Sequence record: DRR723986_25809
Length of the DNA: 47,686 nt
Direction: 5' to 3' (one strand)
Positions 18,966 through 29,606 of the stretch are shown here, one piece after another. Within the stretch, counting starts at the first letter, position 1, and the number at the start of each line of letters is the position of its first letter. The position numbers and the translations under genes are program-made. The notes under the pieces were generated by a model. It did not search any database. It worked only from the letters and a program-made list of their open reading frames with translations, and was not told the origin of the DNA.

Positions 18966-21740
18966 ATGGCGGAGTACACTTTTAAGGACATTGAGAAAAA
19001 ATGGCAAGCATACTGGGAAGAGAACCAAACTTTCCTGGCCAATGTAAACCCTGACAAACCAAAGTTTTATTCTCTAGACATGTTCCCATATCCATCTGGA
19101 GCGGGACTACATGTTGGTCATCCGCTGGGTTACATTGCTTCAGATATTGTCTCAAGATTCAAAAAGTTAAAAGGATTCAATGTTCTGCACCCAATGGGTT
19201 ATGACAGTTTTGGTCTACCTGCTGAGCAATATGCCATCCAAACTGGACAGCATCCTGCGATCACCACCGAGCAAAACATCGCAAGATACACAGAGCAGTT
19301 GAAGAACATCGGCTTTGCATTCGACTGGAGTAAAGAAGTCAGAACTTCCAATTCTGATTATTACAAGTGGACGCAATGGATCTTCATGCAGCTTTTCAAT
19401 AGCTACTATGATCTAGATGCGGACAAAGCACTTTCCATTGATTCATTGATCGAGCGATTTGAAAAAGAAGGAAATGCTTCCGTAAAAGCCGCCTGTGATG
19501 AGGATACGGAGAAGTTTACTGCAGCAGATTGGAATGCATATTCTGAAAAAGAGAAACAAGAAACACTCCTTAAATATAGACTGACTTTTCTAGCCGAAAC
19601 CACCGTGAACTGGTGCGCAGCTTTAGGCACTGTACTTTCCAACGATGAAGTGAAAGAAGGCTTCTCCGAGCGTGGTGGGCATCCTGTGGAACGAAAGAAA
19701 ATGATGCAGTGGTCAATGAGAATTACCGCTTATGCAGATCGTTTACTTCAGGGTTTGGAAAAATTAGATTGGTCAGAACCAATCAAAGAAATGCAGCGCA
19801 ACTGGATCGGTAAATCCATCGGAGCTGACGTGGTATTTCAGGTAAAAGATTCCGATCAGAAGATCAAAGTATTCACCACTCGAGTGGATACTATATACGG
19901 TGTGACTTATTTGGCTTTGGCCCCGGAATCTGAGCTGGCAGCAGCGCTGATCACAGAAGATCAACGCGAAAAAGCGGAAGCATACATAGAAGTAGCCAAA
20001 AACCGCTCAGAGCGTGAGCGAATGAGCGATGTAAAAACCATCTCCGGAGCATTCACTGGCTCTTATGCGATCAATCCATTTAATGGAGAAGAAATCCAAG
20101 TTTGGGTAGCTGACTACGTATTGGCCGGATATGGAACTGGTGCGGTGATGGCCGTTCCTGCGCATGATGAGCGGGATTATAACTTTGCGAAGCACTTCGG
20201 ACTTGAAATCAGACAAGTGATCGAAGGCTCTATGGAGGAAGGTTCTTTTCCTGGAAAAGGCGGCTTGATTATCAATTCCGGCTTCATTTCCAATTTGTAC
20301 ATGAAAGATGCCATGAACAAAGCCATTGAGTTTTTGGAAGAAAAAGGCATCGGAAAAGGCAAGATTCAATACAGAATGCGTGATGCGATTTTCACCCGTC
20401 AGCGTTATTGGGGTGAGCCACTTCCCGTATATTTCAAAGAAGGACTGCCCTATTTAATAGAAGAAAAAGACCTGCCTTTGGTTTTACCTGAGGTAGATAA
20501 ATACTTGCCAACAGAAGACGGCGAGCCTCCACTTGCCCGAGCGTCGGACTGGAACTACAAAACCGCGGACGGAGAATTCCCGCTGGAAAGAAGCACCATG
20601 CCAGGCTGGGCAGGATCAAGTTGGTATTTCTTCAGATACACCGATCCTAAGAACGAAACTGAGTTAGCCGACAAAGCAAAAACTGACTATTGGGGCTCTG
20701 TAGATCTGTACATTGGCGGTTCCGAGCATGCGACAGGACACCTGCTGTATTCCAGATTTTGGACAAAGTTCTTGTACGATCTTGGTATAGTAAGCGTGGA
20801 TGAGCCATTCCAGAAGATGATCAACCAAGGGATGATCCAAGGTAGATCGAATTTTGTATATAGAGTAAAGGGCACGAACCAATTTGTCAGCTATGGCTTG
20901 AGAGACCAGTACGATACGTTTGCCATGCATGTGGACGTCAATATTGTCTACAACGATCAGTTGAACTTAGATAAATTCAAAGCATGGAGACCTGATTTGG
21001 CGGATGCAGAATTCATCTTGGAAGACGGCAAATACATGTGCGGGTCTGAGGTGGAGAAAATGTCCAAGTCTAAATACAACGTGGTAAATCCGGACGATAT
21101 CATTGAGCGATACGGAGCTGACACTTTGAGATTGTACGAGATGTTCTTGGGTCCTTTGGAGCAATTCAAACCTTGGAATACAAACGGAATTGACGGAGTG
21201 TATAAATTTTTAAGAAAGCTTTGGAATCTATATCACAACAGCTCTGGGGAATTCCAAGTTTCTGATGCAGAACCTAGCAAAGAAGAATACAAAGCACTTC
21301 ATAAAGCCATCAAAAAGATGGAAGATGACATGGCCAATTTCTCTTTCAATACCTCCGTCTCCAGCTTTATGATCTGCGTGAATGAGCTTACCGCACTGAA
21401 ATCAAACAAACGTGGAATTCTGGAACCACTTGCGATTTTGGTTTCTCCTTATGCACCACATATTGCAGAGGAACTTTGGAATTTACTTGGACACGAAGGT
21501 TCTATAACTGATGCTACTTTCCCTATTTTCGACGAAAGTCATCTCGTTGAAAGTGCTTTCGAATATCCAGTAATGATCAATGGAAAAATGAGAACTAAAC
21601 TCAGCCTGGACCTTTCATTAAGCAAGGATCAGATTCAGGAAGCTGCTTTATCTGATGAAATCGTCATGAAATGGCTGGAAGGAAAGGCGCCGAAAAAGAT
21701 AATAATTGTTCCAGGAAAGATTGTGAATCTGGTGGTTTAA
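18966..21740 (+). CDS. leuS: Leucine--tRNA ligase
   Basis: [14 protein letters not shown] (HIGH), [10 protein letters not shown], editing domain VFTTRVDT and [28 protein letters not shown]. Confidence 0.98.
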   Translation: MAEYTFKDIEKKWQAYWEENQTFLANVNPDKPKFYSLDMFPYPSGAGLHVGHPLGYIASDIVSRFKKLKGFNVLHPMGYDSFGLPAEQYAIQTGQHPAITTEQNIARYTEQLKNIGFAFDWSKEVRTSNSDYYKWTQWIFMQLFNSYYDLDADKALSIDSLIERFEKEGNASVKAACDEDTEKFTAADWNAYSEKEKQETLLKYRLTFLAETTVNWCAALGTVLSNDEVKEGFSERGGHPVERKKMMQWSMRITAYADRLLQGLEKLDWSEPIKEMQRNWIGKSIGADVVFQVKDSDQKIKVFTTRVDTIYGVTYLALAPESELAAALITEDQREKAEAYIEVAKNRSERERMSDVKTISGAFTGSYAINPFNGEEIQVWVADYVLAGYGTGAVMAVPAHDERDYNFAKHFGLEIRQVIEGSMEEGSFPGKGGLIINSGFISNLYMKDAMNKAIEFLEEKGIGKGKIQYRMRDAIFTRQRYWGEPLPVYFKEGLPYLIEEKDLPLVLPEVDKYLPTEDGEPPLARASDWNYKTADGEFPLERSTMPGWAGSSWYFFRYTDPKNETELADKAKTDYWGSVDLYIGGSEHATGHLLYSRFWTKFLYDLGIVSVDEPFQKMINQGMIQGRSNFVYRVKGTNQFVSYGLRDQYDTFAMHVDVNIVYNDQLNLDKFKAWRPDLADAEFILEDGKYMCGSEVEKMSKSKYNVVNPDDIIERYGADTLRLYEMFLGPLEQFKPWNTNGIDGVYKFLRKLWNLYHNSSGEFQVSDAEPSKEEYKALHKAIKKMEDDMANFSFNTSVSSFMICVNELTALKSNKRGILEPLAILVSPYAPHIAEELWNLLGHEGSITDATFPIFDESHLVESAFEYPVMINGKMRTKLSLDLSLSKDQIQEAALSDEIVMKWLEGKAPKKIIIVPGKIVNLVV

Positions 21741-21799
21741 TTAAGTCTCAGTCCAAGTTTGCTTTATTGGATATTGAGCCTTGTTTTCAAGGAAACTAA

Positions 21800-22870
21800 A
21801 TGAGCCGAAATAAAATCCTGTACATCACGCCATCCCTGCAGTCCTTTGTGAAAAGCGACATCAGGATTTTGTCAAAATATTTTAACGTTCGGGTAATCAA
21901 CCAACCTTGGGGTAATAAAAAGCTTGCGCCTCTAAATTTCATAGCGCAGTTTTTCTCCATGCTTTTCAGCATTTTCGGAGCTGAGTTTATCCTTGTCAAT
22001 TTTGGAGGATATTGGGCTTTTTGGGCTACAGTATTTGGGCAGGTCTTTGGCAAGAAAGTCTTCATAGTCACCCATGGTACTGATTGCGCTTCTATTCCTG
22101 AGATCAATTATGGCAGTTTAAGGATTGATCTTCTAAAGCAAATTTGCGACTTCAGTTACAGACGAGCCGATGGGATCTTCCCGGTGAGTGAATCTCTAAT
22201 CGAAACTGAATTGCTTTTCGATCCAGCCATCAAGTCTCGAAAGCAAGGTCTGCTTTTTCACTTTCATGAATTACAGGCACCCATAAAAACAATCTACAAT
22301 GGATTAGATGACACGCAATGGACACTTCCTACAAAGCCTAATAGAATCCCAAATAGCTTTTTGGCCGTCATGTCATCCAGTCAATTTGAGCTGAAAGGCG
22401 GAGATTTGATTTTAAAGATTGCTGAGAAATACCCAACCTGTAACTTCTATTTTGCAGGGATAAATGATTCAGAAATAAAGTTAGATATACCCGCTAACGT
22501 TTATTTCTTAGGATTTCTATCTCCAGAAGAGTTGCTCGAGCGTTATCAGAAAACTGAGTTCTACTTTCAACTCTCCAGTTTTGAAGGATTTGGCTGCGCT
22601 TTATGTGAAGCCATGCTTTGCGGAGCTATTCCTATCGGATCGTATACGAATCACATTCCTCAAATCGTAGGTGATTCAGGGTTTATCCTAGGTGAGAAAT
22701 CCCTAGAAGCCGCAATACTAGTGGTGGATAAAGCCCTTGGATCTATCAATAAAGATTTACTTTCCATAAATTCACGACTTCATATTCAAGCCAACTACTC
22801 TCTTGCACTCAGAGAACAAACGTTAATCGGGACTTTGGAGCAATTTACAGGCAAGTCATATACTCTCTAA
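21800..22870 (+). CDS. Glycosyltransferase family 4 protein
   Basis: HGTD, IYNGLD, and SSFEGFGCALCEAM (E-x7-E GT4 motif). Confidence 0.9.
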   Translation: MSRNKILYITPSLQSFVKSDIRILSKYFNVRVINQPWGNKKLAPLNFIAQFFSMLFSIFGAEFILVNFGGYWAFWATVFGQVFGKKVFIVTHGTDCASIPEINYGSLRIDLLKQICDFSYRRADGIFPVSESLIETELLFDPAIKSRKQGLLFHFHELQAPIKTIYNGLDDTQWTLPTKPNRIPNSFLAVMSSSQFELKGGDLILKIAEKYPTCNFYFAGINDSEIKLDIPANVYFLGFLSPEELLERYQKTEFYFQLSSFEGFGCALCEAMLCGAIPIGSYTNHIPQIVGDSGFILGEKSLEAAILVVDKALGSINKDLLSINSRLHIQANYSLALREQTLIGTLEQFTGKSYTL

Positions 22871-23709
22871 TGGAACAAGTATTAAGTAAAATATCTAGGA
22901 ATTTATATGTGATTCCAGGCGGTTTTTTTGTCACTAAATTGTTTCGAAAATTCTATGGTTCTTCTAAAAAAGAAGGGGATTGGAGGGTTTTTATCTTTCG
23001 AGGAGTAGCAATGAAAGTGGACATCGCAAAGCAAATGGGCAATGCAATCTACTGGCGTGGCGCGCATGATTGGGCACCGATTTTTGTATTGGAGAAATAT
23101 CTGAAAACAGGTGACACCTTCATAGATGTGGGGGCAAATCAAGGAGAGTATTCCCTCTGGGCGGCTAGAAAAGTAGGCACAAATGGAAAGGTTGTTTCAT
23201 TTGAACCAATGCCTCAGCTTTTTGATCAATTGACTGCAAACATCCGACTTAACGAATCCTTTCAAAAGACCATCTCTCCAGTGAAACTTGGCCTTTCGGA
23301 TAAAAAAGGTGAGGTAACACTCTACGCAAGCGAAGATTCTAATGAGGGTACAAACACCATTTACAATACTGATAAATTCAGCATAGAACTCGGGAAAATC
23401 CAGCTTGATACACTTGACGAACAAATAGAAGAGTTGAAAATCAACAAGGTTAACTTCTTAAAAATAGATGTAGAAGGAGCTGAGCTTCAGGTTCTCAAAG
23501 GAGCTCTCAATACACTAAAAAAGCACCTTCCAATTCTTCTTCTAGAAATCAATAAGGACGCATGCATCGCTGGCGGCTACCTACCAGAGGATATTTTAGA
23601 ATTGTTGAAGCCATTCAATTATACTTTTTCAAAAATAGGTCTGCGGGGATCTTTGAACAAGGTGGACACATTGCCTGATTTCTGCAATATCCTTGCAACT
23701 CCCCTATAA
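22870..23709 (+). CDS. FkbM family methyltransferase
   Basis: FIDVGANQGEY, SFEP, LKIDVEGAELQVLKG; TAATG overlap with the GT4 gene. Confidence 0.92.
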   Translation: MEQVLSKISRNLYVIPGGFFVTKLFRKFYGSSKKEGDWRVFIFRGVAMKVDIAKQMGNAIYWRGAHDWAPIFVLEKYLKTGDTFIDVGANQGEYSLWAARKVGTNGKVVSFEPMPQLFDQLTANIRLNESFQKTISPVKLGLSDKKGEVTLYASEDSNEGTNTIYNTDKFSIELGKIQLDTLDEQIEELKINKVNFLKIDVEGAELQVLKGALNTLKKHLPILLLEINKDACIAGGYLPEDILELLKPFNYTFSKIGLRGSLNKVDTLPDFCNILATPL

Positions 23710-23714
23710 ACACT

Positions 23715-26700
23715 CTATTTAATAAGTAAAAAGCTACCTGAAAGGGTTTTTAAAGTATTAACATCACTTTCATTCCTATACTGAACCTTATACACATACG
23801 TTCCCGTTGGCGCTTCTTTTCCTTTGAAATTACCATCCCAGCCCTGAGCTTCTAAACTTTTGGAATAGAATACCATTTCACCCCATCGATTGAAAATCCA
23901 GATTTCCAGAGTTTGCAATTGATTGAAAACAGGGTAATAATAGTCATTTCGCCCATCTCCATTTGGCGTGAAAGCATCAGGCATTCGGATATACTGGACC
24001 CCAGTTACTTTTAACGATTTAGAAATCTCCTTTACGCAGCCTAAAAGATCGCTCACTTCCATGCTCACACTATAGTTTCCAGGAATACTATACTGATGAG
24101 TTGGATCCTTCTCAGAACTTGTATTCCCATCACCAAAATCCCAGGAATAAGACAAGCTTGAATTGCCTTGAGAAAGATTCTCAAAGCTGATCGGATAGTT
24201 GAAATTCAAAAGCCCTTCGTTAACAAGCGACTCACTACTATAGTCAAAATCAGCCTTTAAAAAATTAAGATCTTCCTCTTCAATTTCGAAGGATTCAACT
24301 TGGCTACAGCCTTCCCGATTTTCAATCTCGACAGTATAAACCCCGGGTAAAAGCTCATCATACGCATACGTCCCTTCCGTCAATTCTAAGTCTATCAATT
24401 CAAAACTCTCACCCGACAACAATTCTCCAGAAATCATAACCTTATACTTACTAGGTGAATCAGAGTTGATGACCAGCTGGATGTTAAACTCAGATTGATC
24501 TGGACACGATTCGATTGCTGAGTTCTTGCTGACCTCCACAGTGAAAAGTTTTGCCTCAGGAACGATAAACTCCTTTCTAGCTGCACAACCAGTCTGATCT
24601 ATCACAGATATACGATGTAATCCAGGTAATATAGCTCTTTCAGTTTCTGTAGTAGGCGTGCCTCCCTCTTCCCAAATAATAGAATATGGCGGAACACCTT
24701 TACTGATTGATAAACTCACTTTTCTTTCTAAAGTAGATTGCGCACAGGCTCCTTCATCAATCTCTACTTCTACCTCCACCTCACTCACAGCAAAGCCAAA
24801 ACCGATTGGGCAACTTCTATCAGGCATCACGGCATAATAAATGGCTTCGTAATCAAGTGGGAAATTTATTCCACCACCGTATTCTTTTGTCGTACTAGTA
24901 AGTGGGAATTCATTGTAATACCTGGTGCCCGCTGGAAAAAAGTCTGGCAAATAAAAAGATGGAATGATCTCTGTATCTCCTTGACCTATGCAGATGATAA
25001 TCTTTGATTCACCAGATTCATAGCCACAGTTTTTATTTAGAAATTCATTGGCATCTACCTGTAAGTCTATAGGCCCGAAAATCGGAGAATTAAAGCATTG
25101 AGAATCCTCACTAAATCCTACTAGTAATGGGGTATTTGGAATTGGTTTTCCAGAATTCCCATTAATGCCTTGGAGTTGTCCGTCCAGAACAAAATTAGCA
25201 CTGCAGGTATCAATTAATATCTCACACGTTTCAGTCACACGAACGGTATAGGTAAGTTTTGCCATTAGTTCGTCAGGATTACTTGGCAAGGGAATTTCCC
25301 CTAATTCCCATACTACCTGATCCGATATTAGTGAAGGTTGCTTCCCTGAATTATTGGCAAAAAAATACTCCCCAACTGAAGACACATATTCTAATCCTTC
25401 AGGCAAATTTATTTCCAAAAGCAACTCTTCAAGATCAACCCCACCAGTATTTTTCACTTCCACTACTATCTCTAGTTCATCGCCAGGAACAATACTTTTT
25501 GATTCATCAAAAGCCTGGCTATTAATTGTATTTACATAATGGTATCCTTGAACTTCGGGCTCATTGGCATCCACAGCCATGATGATATTATAGATAACAT
25601 AGGCGTCTCCATCCGTCCCATATCGGAATCGTGTACTCGTCTGCCCATTGGCTATGATATTATTTCCGGCATTTGGGACATCAAATACAGAAATATCCAT
25701 TCCTGTATTATTCTTCAAATTCGGATTTCTCGGATTTCCTCCGGTATATATGCTGGAGTTAAAAAAATTATCAGGCGAATTTCCGGCATGAGAAAGCCTG
25801 ACGAAATCATTGGTATTCACCCCACGTTCTATTTCGAAATAATCTCCTAAAGCGGCCACATCTCCCTCTCCTGCAGCTATTCCCAGCTTCATATTAACTG
25901 GCCCGGCATCTACAGCGGAAAATCCTGATATTGGAATAGTGAAGTCAGCAACCACGCTGCCCCTCACAAATGCATAGCCATCAAAGACTGTAATACTCCT
26001 GTTCTCCATAACTGGATTTTCATAGACAACTACCATTGACCAACCCCCATAATGGTAGTTCGTCCCTTCAAGCGCCCCCAGGTCAGCTACGGTATATTCC
26101 CCCTCTCCATACTGCCTTACGTAATCTGTAACTTCCACAAAACCTACATATAAGCCCAAGTCATTATCTAAATCAAGACCGTAGGTATATCGGATATCAT
26201 TCTCTCCAGCCCTGAATTTACTACCTACGGGATCATTCGGACCAAACAACTTCACTTCCATCCGATCTAACTTTTTCGGAAATCCATTTTGATCGTTCAC
26301 GTAAAACTCATCTTCGGTAGGACCTCGACCCGACCAATACAATCCGGCAAATAAAACATTTGTGCAGCTTGCATCAGCGCCGTTTTCTTCGGGGAAATTA
26401 AGTACAGCTGAGGAAGAATTTATGGTATTTTCATCATCATCGACATCTTCGAACAACAATAAATTATCATTCATGAGGTCATCTGCGTAATTGGCAAGAC
26501 TCAAATTTGTATTCCCAATTAATTGAAAATCACCTTTAATATTAAAAGTTTTTCTGCTTGGATTAGAAGAAGATGCCCTTTCTTGAAACGGGACCCTTAC
26601 CTGTCCAGAAACTGTGAGCTGTGAGTAATTCCAAAAGATTACTGCAAGGCAGAAAATTGTTCTAACAAATTGTTTAGGCGCTGGCACTGTAAATAAGAGA

Positions 26701-26744
26701 TAAGGTAAAGCTGGACACAAGTAGTAAATTTCTATCCTTCTCAA
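23715..26744 (-). CDS. Secreted adhesin-like protein with DUF11-like and PKD domains and a T9SS type B (gliding-motility-associated) C-terminal domain; start uncertain
   Basis: CTD MPDAFTPNGDGRND...IFNRWGE...WDG...GTYVY; PKD WDFGDG...PTHQY..PGNY; DUF11-like PGDELEIVVEVKNTG; no catalytic motif recognised. Confidence 0.88.
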   Translation of the reverse strand: MRRIEIYYLCPALPYLLFTVPAPKQFVRTIFCLAVIFWNYSQLTVSGQVRVPFQERASSSNPSRKTFNIKGDFQLIGNTNLSLANYADDLMNDNLLLFEDVDDDENTINSSSAVLNFPEENGADASCTNVLFAGLYWSGRGPTEDEFYVNDQNGFPKKLDRMEVKLFGPNDPVGSKFRAGENDIRYTYGLDLDNDLGLYVGFVEVTDYVRQYGEGEYTVADLGALEGTNYHYGGWSMVVVYENPVMENRSITVFDGYAFVRGSVVADFTIPISGFSAVDAGPVNMKLGIAAGEGDVAALGDYFEIERGVNTNDFVRLSHAGNSPDNFFNSSIYTGGNPRNPNLKNNTGMDISVFDVPNAGNNIIANGQTSTRFRYGTDGDAYVIYNIIMAVDANEPEVQGYHYVNTINSQAFDESKSIVPGDELEIVVEVKNTGGVDLEELLLEINLPEGLEYVSSVGEYFFANNSGKQPSLISDQVVWELGEIPLPSNPDELMAKLTYTVRVTETCEILIDTCSANFVLDGQLQGINGNSGKPIPNTPLLVGFSEDSQCFNSPIFGPIDLQVDANEFLNKNCGYESGESKIIICIGQGDTEIIPSFYLPDFFPAGTRYYNEFPLTSTTKEYGGGINFPLDYEAIYYAVMPDRSCPIGFGFAVSEVEVEVEIDEGACAQSTLERKVSLSISKGVPPYSIIWEEGGTPTTETERAILPGLHRISVIDQTGCAARKEFIVPEAKLFTVEVSKNSAIESCPDQSEFNIQLVINSDSPSKYKVMISGELLSGESFELIDLELTEGTYAYDELLPGVYTVEIENREGCSQVESFEIEEEDLNFLKADFDYSSESLVNEGLLNFNYPISFENLSQGNSSLSYSWDFGDGNTSSEKDPTHQYSIPGNYSVSMEVSDLLGCVKEISKSLKVTGVQYIRMPDAFTPNGDGRNDYYYPVFNQLQTLEIWIFNRWGEMVFYSKSLEAQGWDGNFKGKEAPTGTYVYKVQYRNESDVNTLKTLSGSFLLIK

Positions 26745-27334
26745 TTAGTGCGCATAACTACATACTCCAATTGATTCGAGTCGCAATTTTCATCTTTTTA
26801 ACCTAATTCTAAAAACTTAATTATAAATAATTTTAATGCCACTGGAATTTTTCTAAATCACTAATAGAGCTCCATTAGAAATCATGACTAGCGAAACATA
26901 AAACTGATAATCCGCAGTCATACATTTTGCCAATCACTTACAGATGTATAGATAATAATGATTGCCATGTGTTAATAGATTCATGATTTATATTCCGTGC
27001 AAACATGGAACTCGAGTAAATCCCAACACCATTCGCAAAGAAGAACCCAACAACTTATTGAGCTAAAGGCCTTTAATCAAAACAACAAATTAAAACACCT
27101 CACAATTAATGATAAAAGTTTTTTGGCCGTTTCAGATTCCGATACTTAATAAAAAAATAACCTCCCTTTTTGGTCTAAATCCATAAAAAAACCATTTCAG
27201 TATTTTAATCCTCCAAATAACATATTTCGAAATTTTAGGAATGACTTTTTCAATTATGCCAAATTTTCAATTCGAAAGAACCAATTCAAAATTCCCCACT
27301 CAAATAAACCAGTTTTTTGAATTTGAACATAAAT

Positions 27335-27348
27335 TTGATCTAAATCAA
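27335..27348. promoter_or_regulatory. FNR/CRP-family box candidate
   Basis: TTGAT-CTAA-ATCAA, exact TTGAT-N4-ATCAA, arms extend to TTTGAT/ATCAAA. Confidence 0.5.
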
Positions 27349-27403
27349 AGATTTTTTAAACCACCTTTTCAACTTTAAACAAAATGTAAAAATATATAGA
27401 CAT

Positions 27404-27434
27404 AAAAAAAGGGAGCTTTTTAGAAAAAGCCCCC
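27404..27434 (-). terminator. Orphan intrinsic terminator
   Basis: GGGGGCUUUUU-CU-AAAAAGCUCCC-UUUUUUU; its G-U pair forms only on the minus strand. Confidence 0.75.
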
Positions 27435-27517
27435 GAGAGTGGGTCTATTGTCAATCATCTAAAACCAAATATACTTTTGTAATCCTTGCTGTGTATTTGT
27501 TTTTTTGATCTTTATAT
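27404..27517 (-). ncRNA. Candidate small RNA of about 110 nt (or attenuated leader)
   Basis: Minus-strand TTTG (27552-27555)-N21-TATGTTTA (27523-27530) promoter-like pair and an orphan terminator at 27404-27434, with no substantial ORF between them. Confidence 0.45.
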
Positions 27518-27712
27518 TTTGATAAACATAATGAAAATTTTTTAAAGCGCCCAAAAACAAATAATTATTTTTTCTCACATTAACCCTCCACACAGTCACC
27601 CTTCTTCCCTGAAAATAAAAAATGAAATGAAATCTATAGCCTATCTCTGTTCAAAAGCACTTGTCAGAGGATAGACCATTTTTCATTATCTTCAATGGTC
27701 TTATCATTTGCT

Positions 27713-28876
27713 ATGAAGAAATTAATAATCGCACTTGGGGTTTTAGTCCTTATCTATTTAGCTGCAACCCTTATAGTCCCACCCTATATAGAATCTCAAA
27801 GAAATCCCGTCAAGTCTACTCCACCCTATTCTGTTTCATCGGACGCACGGGCTTTGTATGACCGCTTGGACTTTATATCAGATTTACATTGCGACGCCTT
27901 GCTCTGGGGAAGAGATTTGACCCAGAGAGGAAGTCGTGGGCAAGTTGATTTCCCAAGAATGAGAGAAGCCAATGTCGCTTTGGAGATGTTTACCATTGTT
28001 TCAAAATCCCCAGCCGGTCAAAATATGCAGAGTAATAGTTCGGATGCATTCGACAACATCACCCCGCTGACCATAGCAAAAGGGGAATCTCCCTCAAACT
28101 GGTTTAGCTTAATAAACCGAACTCTTTCGCAGTCCCAAAACTTAGCAGATTTCATACAGGATGAAGATGGCAACGCGATCTTCGTTAAAAACAAAGCGGA
28201 TCTAAACAAACTCATTTCTGCTAGAAAAAATGATGAATCTGTTATCGGCGGCATGTTAGGAATCGAAGGTGCACATGCACTCGAAGGAGATATAGAAAAT
28301 CTAAATCGAGTTTATGAAGCTGGCGTTCGCATGATAGGGTTAACTCATTTTTTTGATAATGAACTTGGTGGATCAGCGCACGGACAAAGTCAAGCGGGCC
28401 TTACCGAATTTGGGAAATCAGTAGTTCAGAAAATGAATGAGCTCGGTATTTTTGTGGATTTGGCTCACTGCTCTCCTGCAATAGTAGATGATGTGCTAGA
28501 GATGACTACTATGCCCGTGATGGTATCACATACTGGGGTGAGGGCTGTTTTGGACTCACAGAGAAATCTGAGTGATCTCCAAATCCAGAAAATCGCTGAA
28601 AATGGAGGCATCATAGGCATTGCATTTTTTGATGAAGCAGTAGGAGTTCCTGAATTGCCCAATATCATTGCTTCGATTAAGCATGTGAGAGACTTAGTGG
28701 GTATAGAATATGTCGCACTTGGGTCAGATTACGATGGATCGGTCGCAGTTCCTTTTGATATCACAGGATTTCCTCTTTTGGTAGAGGGAATGATGAATGC
28801 CGGATTTAGTGAAGCGGAGATCAAAGCTGTAATGGGCGAAAATGTGAAAAGATTTTTCCTAACAAATCTGAGATAA
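27713..28876 (+). CDS. Membrane dipeptidase (peptidase M19)
   Basis: DLHCD, GIEGAH, GLTHF, DLAH, VSHTG, ALGSDYDG, GENVKRF motifs; N-terminal hydrophobic anchor from MKKLII. Confidence 0.92.
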   Translation: MKKLIIALGVLVLIYLAATLIVPPYIESQRNPVKSTPPYSVSSDARALYDRLDFISDLHCDALLWGRDLTQRGSRGQVDFPRMREANVALEMFTIVSKSPAGQNMQSNSSDAFDNITPLTIAKGESPSNWFSLINRTLSQSQNLADFIQDEDGNAIFVKNKADLNKLISARKNDESVIGGMLGIEGAHALEGDIENLNRVYEAGVRMIGLTHFFDNELGGSAHGQSQAGLTEFGKSVVQKMNELGIFVDLAHCSPAIVDDVLEMTTMPVMVSHTGVRAVLDSQRNLSDLQIQKIAENGGIIGIAFFDEAVGVPELPNIIASIKHVRDLVGIEYVALGSDYDGSVAVPFDITGFPLLVEGMMNAGFSEAEIKAVMGENVKRFFLTNLR

Positions 28877-29605
28877 ATGAACGAAGCTCACCTTCATCAA
28901 GAGAGTAAATACTTCCAGAAACTTCAGGAATATCTTCGAGAGTTTGTGTATGGAGGAATTGATGGTGCTGTCACGACATTTGCAGTAGTTGCCGGGGGAT
29001 TTGGCGCAGATCTGGATGCTGGGATCATTATAATTCTTGGTTTTGCAAATCTCTTTGCCGATGGATTTTCGATGTCTGTGGGTGCCTATTTGTCCTCAAA
29101 GAGTGATAAAGAAAACTACAATAAACACCAGGAAATTGAATATTGGGAAGTAGAAAATCTTCCGGAAGTAGAGCGTGAAGAAATCCGAGACATTTACAAA
29201 GCTAAAGGATTTGAGGGGGAACTCTTGGAGAAAGTTGTAGATCAAATCACTTCCAACAAAGACATCTGGGTTGCAGAAATGATGAAAGACGAGCTAAACT
29301 TAATGGAAGAAACTAAAAGTCCCTTTAAGATTGGGGTCGCCACATTTGCATCATTCCTAATTGTCGGATTCATTCCACTGCTAGTTTATCTCTGGACATT
29401 TTTCTATCCCTCAGACATTAATACTTTCTTTTGGACCAGCATACTTACAGGCCTGGCATTCGTATTAATCGGAGCTTTAAAATCCTTAGTAAATCAAACT
29501 TCACCAATTAAAAGTATAGCGGAAACCGTTGCCTTAGGCTTGTTGGCAGCCATTGTTGCATATTATGTAGGTGATATTCTAGAGAACTTTTTTATTAAAC
29601 AATGA
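28877..29605 (+). CDS. VIT1/CCC1 family Fe2+/Mn2+ transporter
   Basis: VYGGIDGAVTTFAVVAG, ANLFADGFSMSVGAYLS, Glu-rich cytosolic domain (EREEI...MMKDEL). Confidence 0.93.
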   Translation: MNEAHLHQESKYFQKLQEYLREFVYGGIDGAVTTFAVVAGGFGADLDAGIIIILGFANLFADGFSMSVGAYLSSKSDKENYNKHQEIEYWEVENLPEVEREEIRDIYKAKGFEGELLEKVVDQITSNKDIWVAEMMKDELNLMEETKSPFKIGVATFASFLIVGFIPLLVYLWTFFYPSDINTFFWTSILTGLAFVLIGALKSLVNQTSPIKSIAETVALGLLAAIVAYYVGDILENFFIKQ

Positions 29606-29606
29606 T

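Noticed and set aside
26983-27066. 27-aa ORF MIYIPCKHGTRVNPNTIRKEEPNNLLS in the long intergenic region
   Set aside because: No motif, hydrophobic segment or expression signal; expected by chance.
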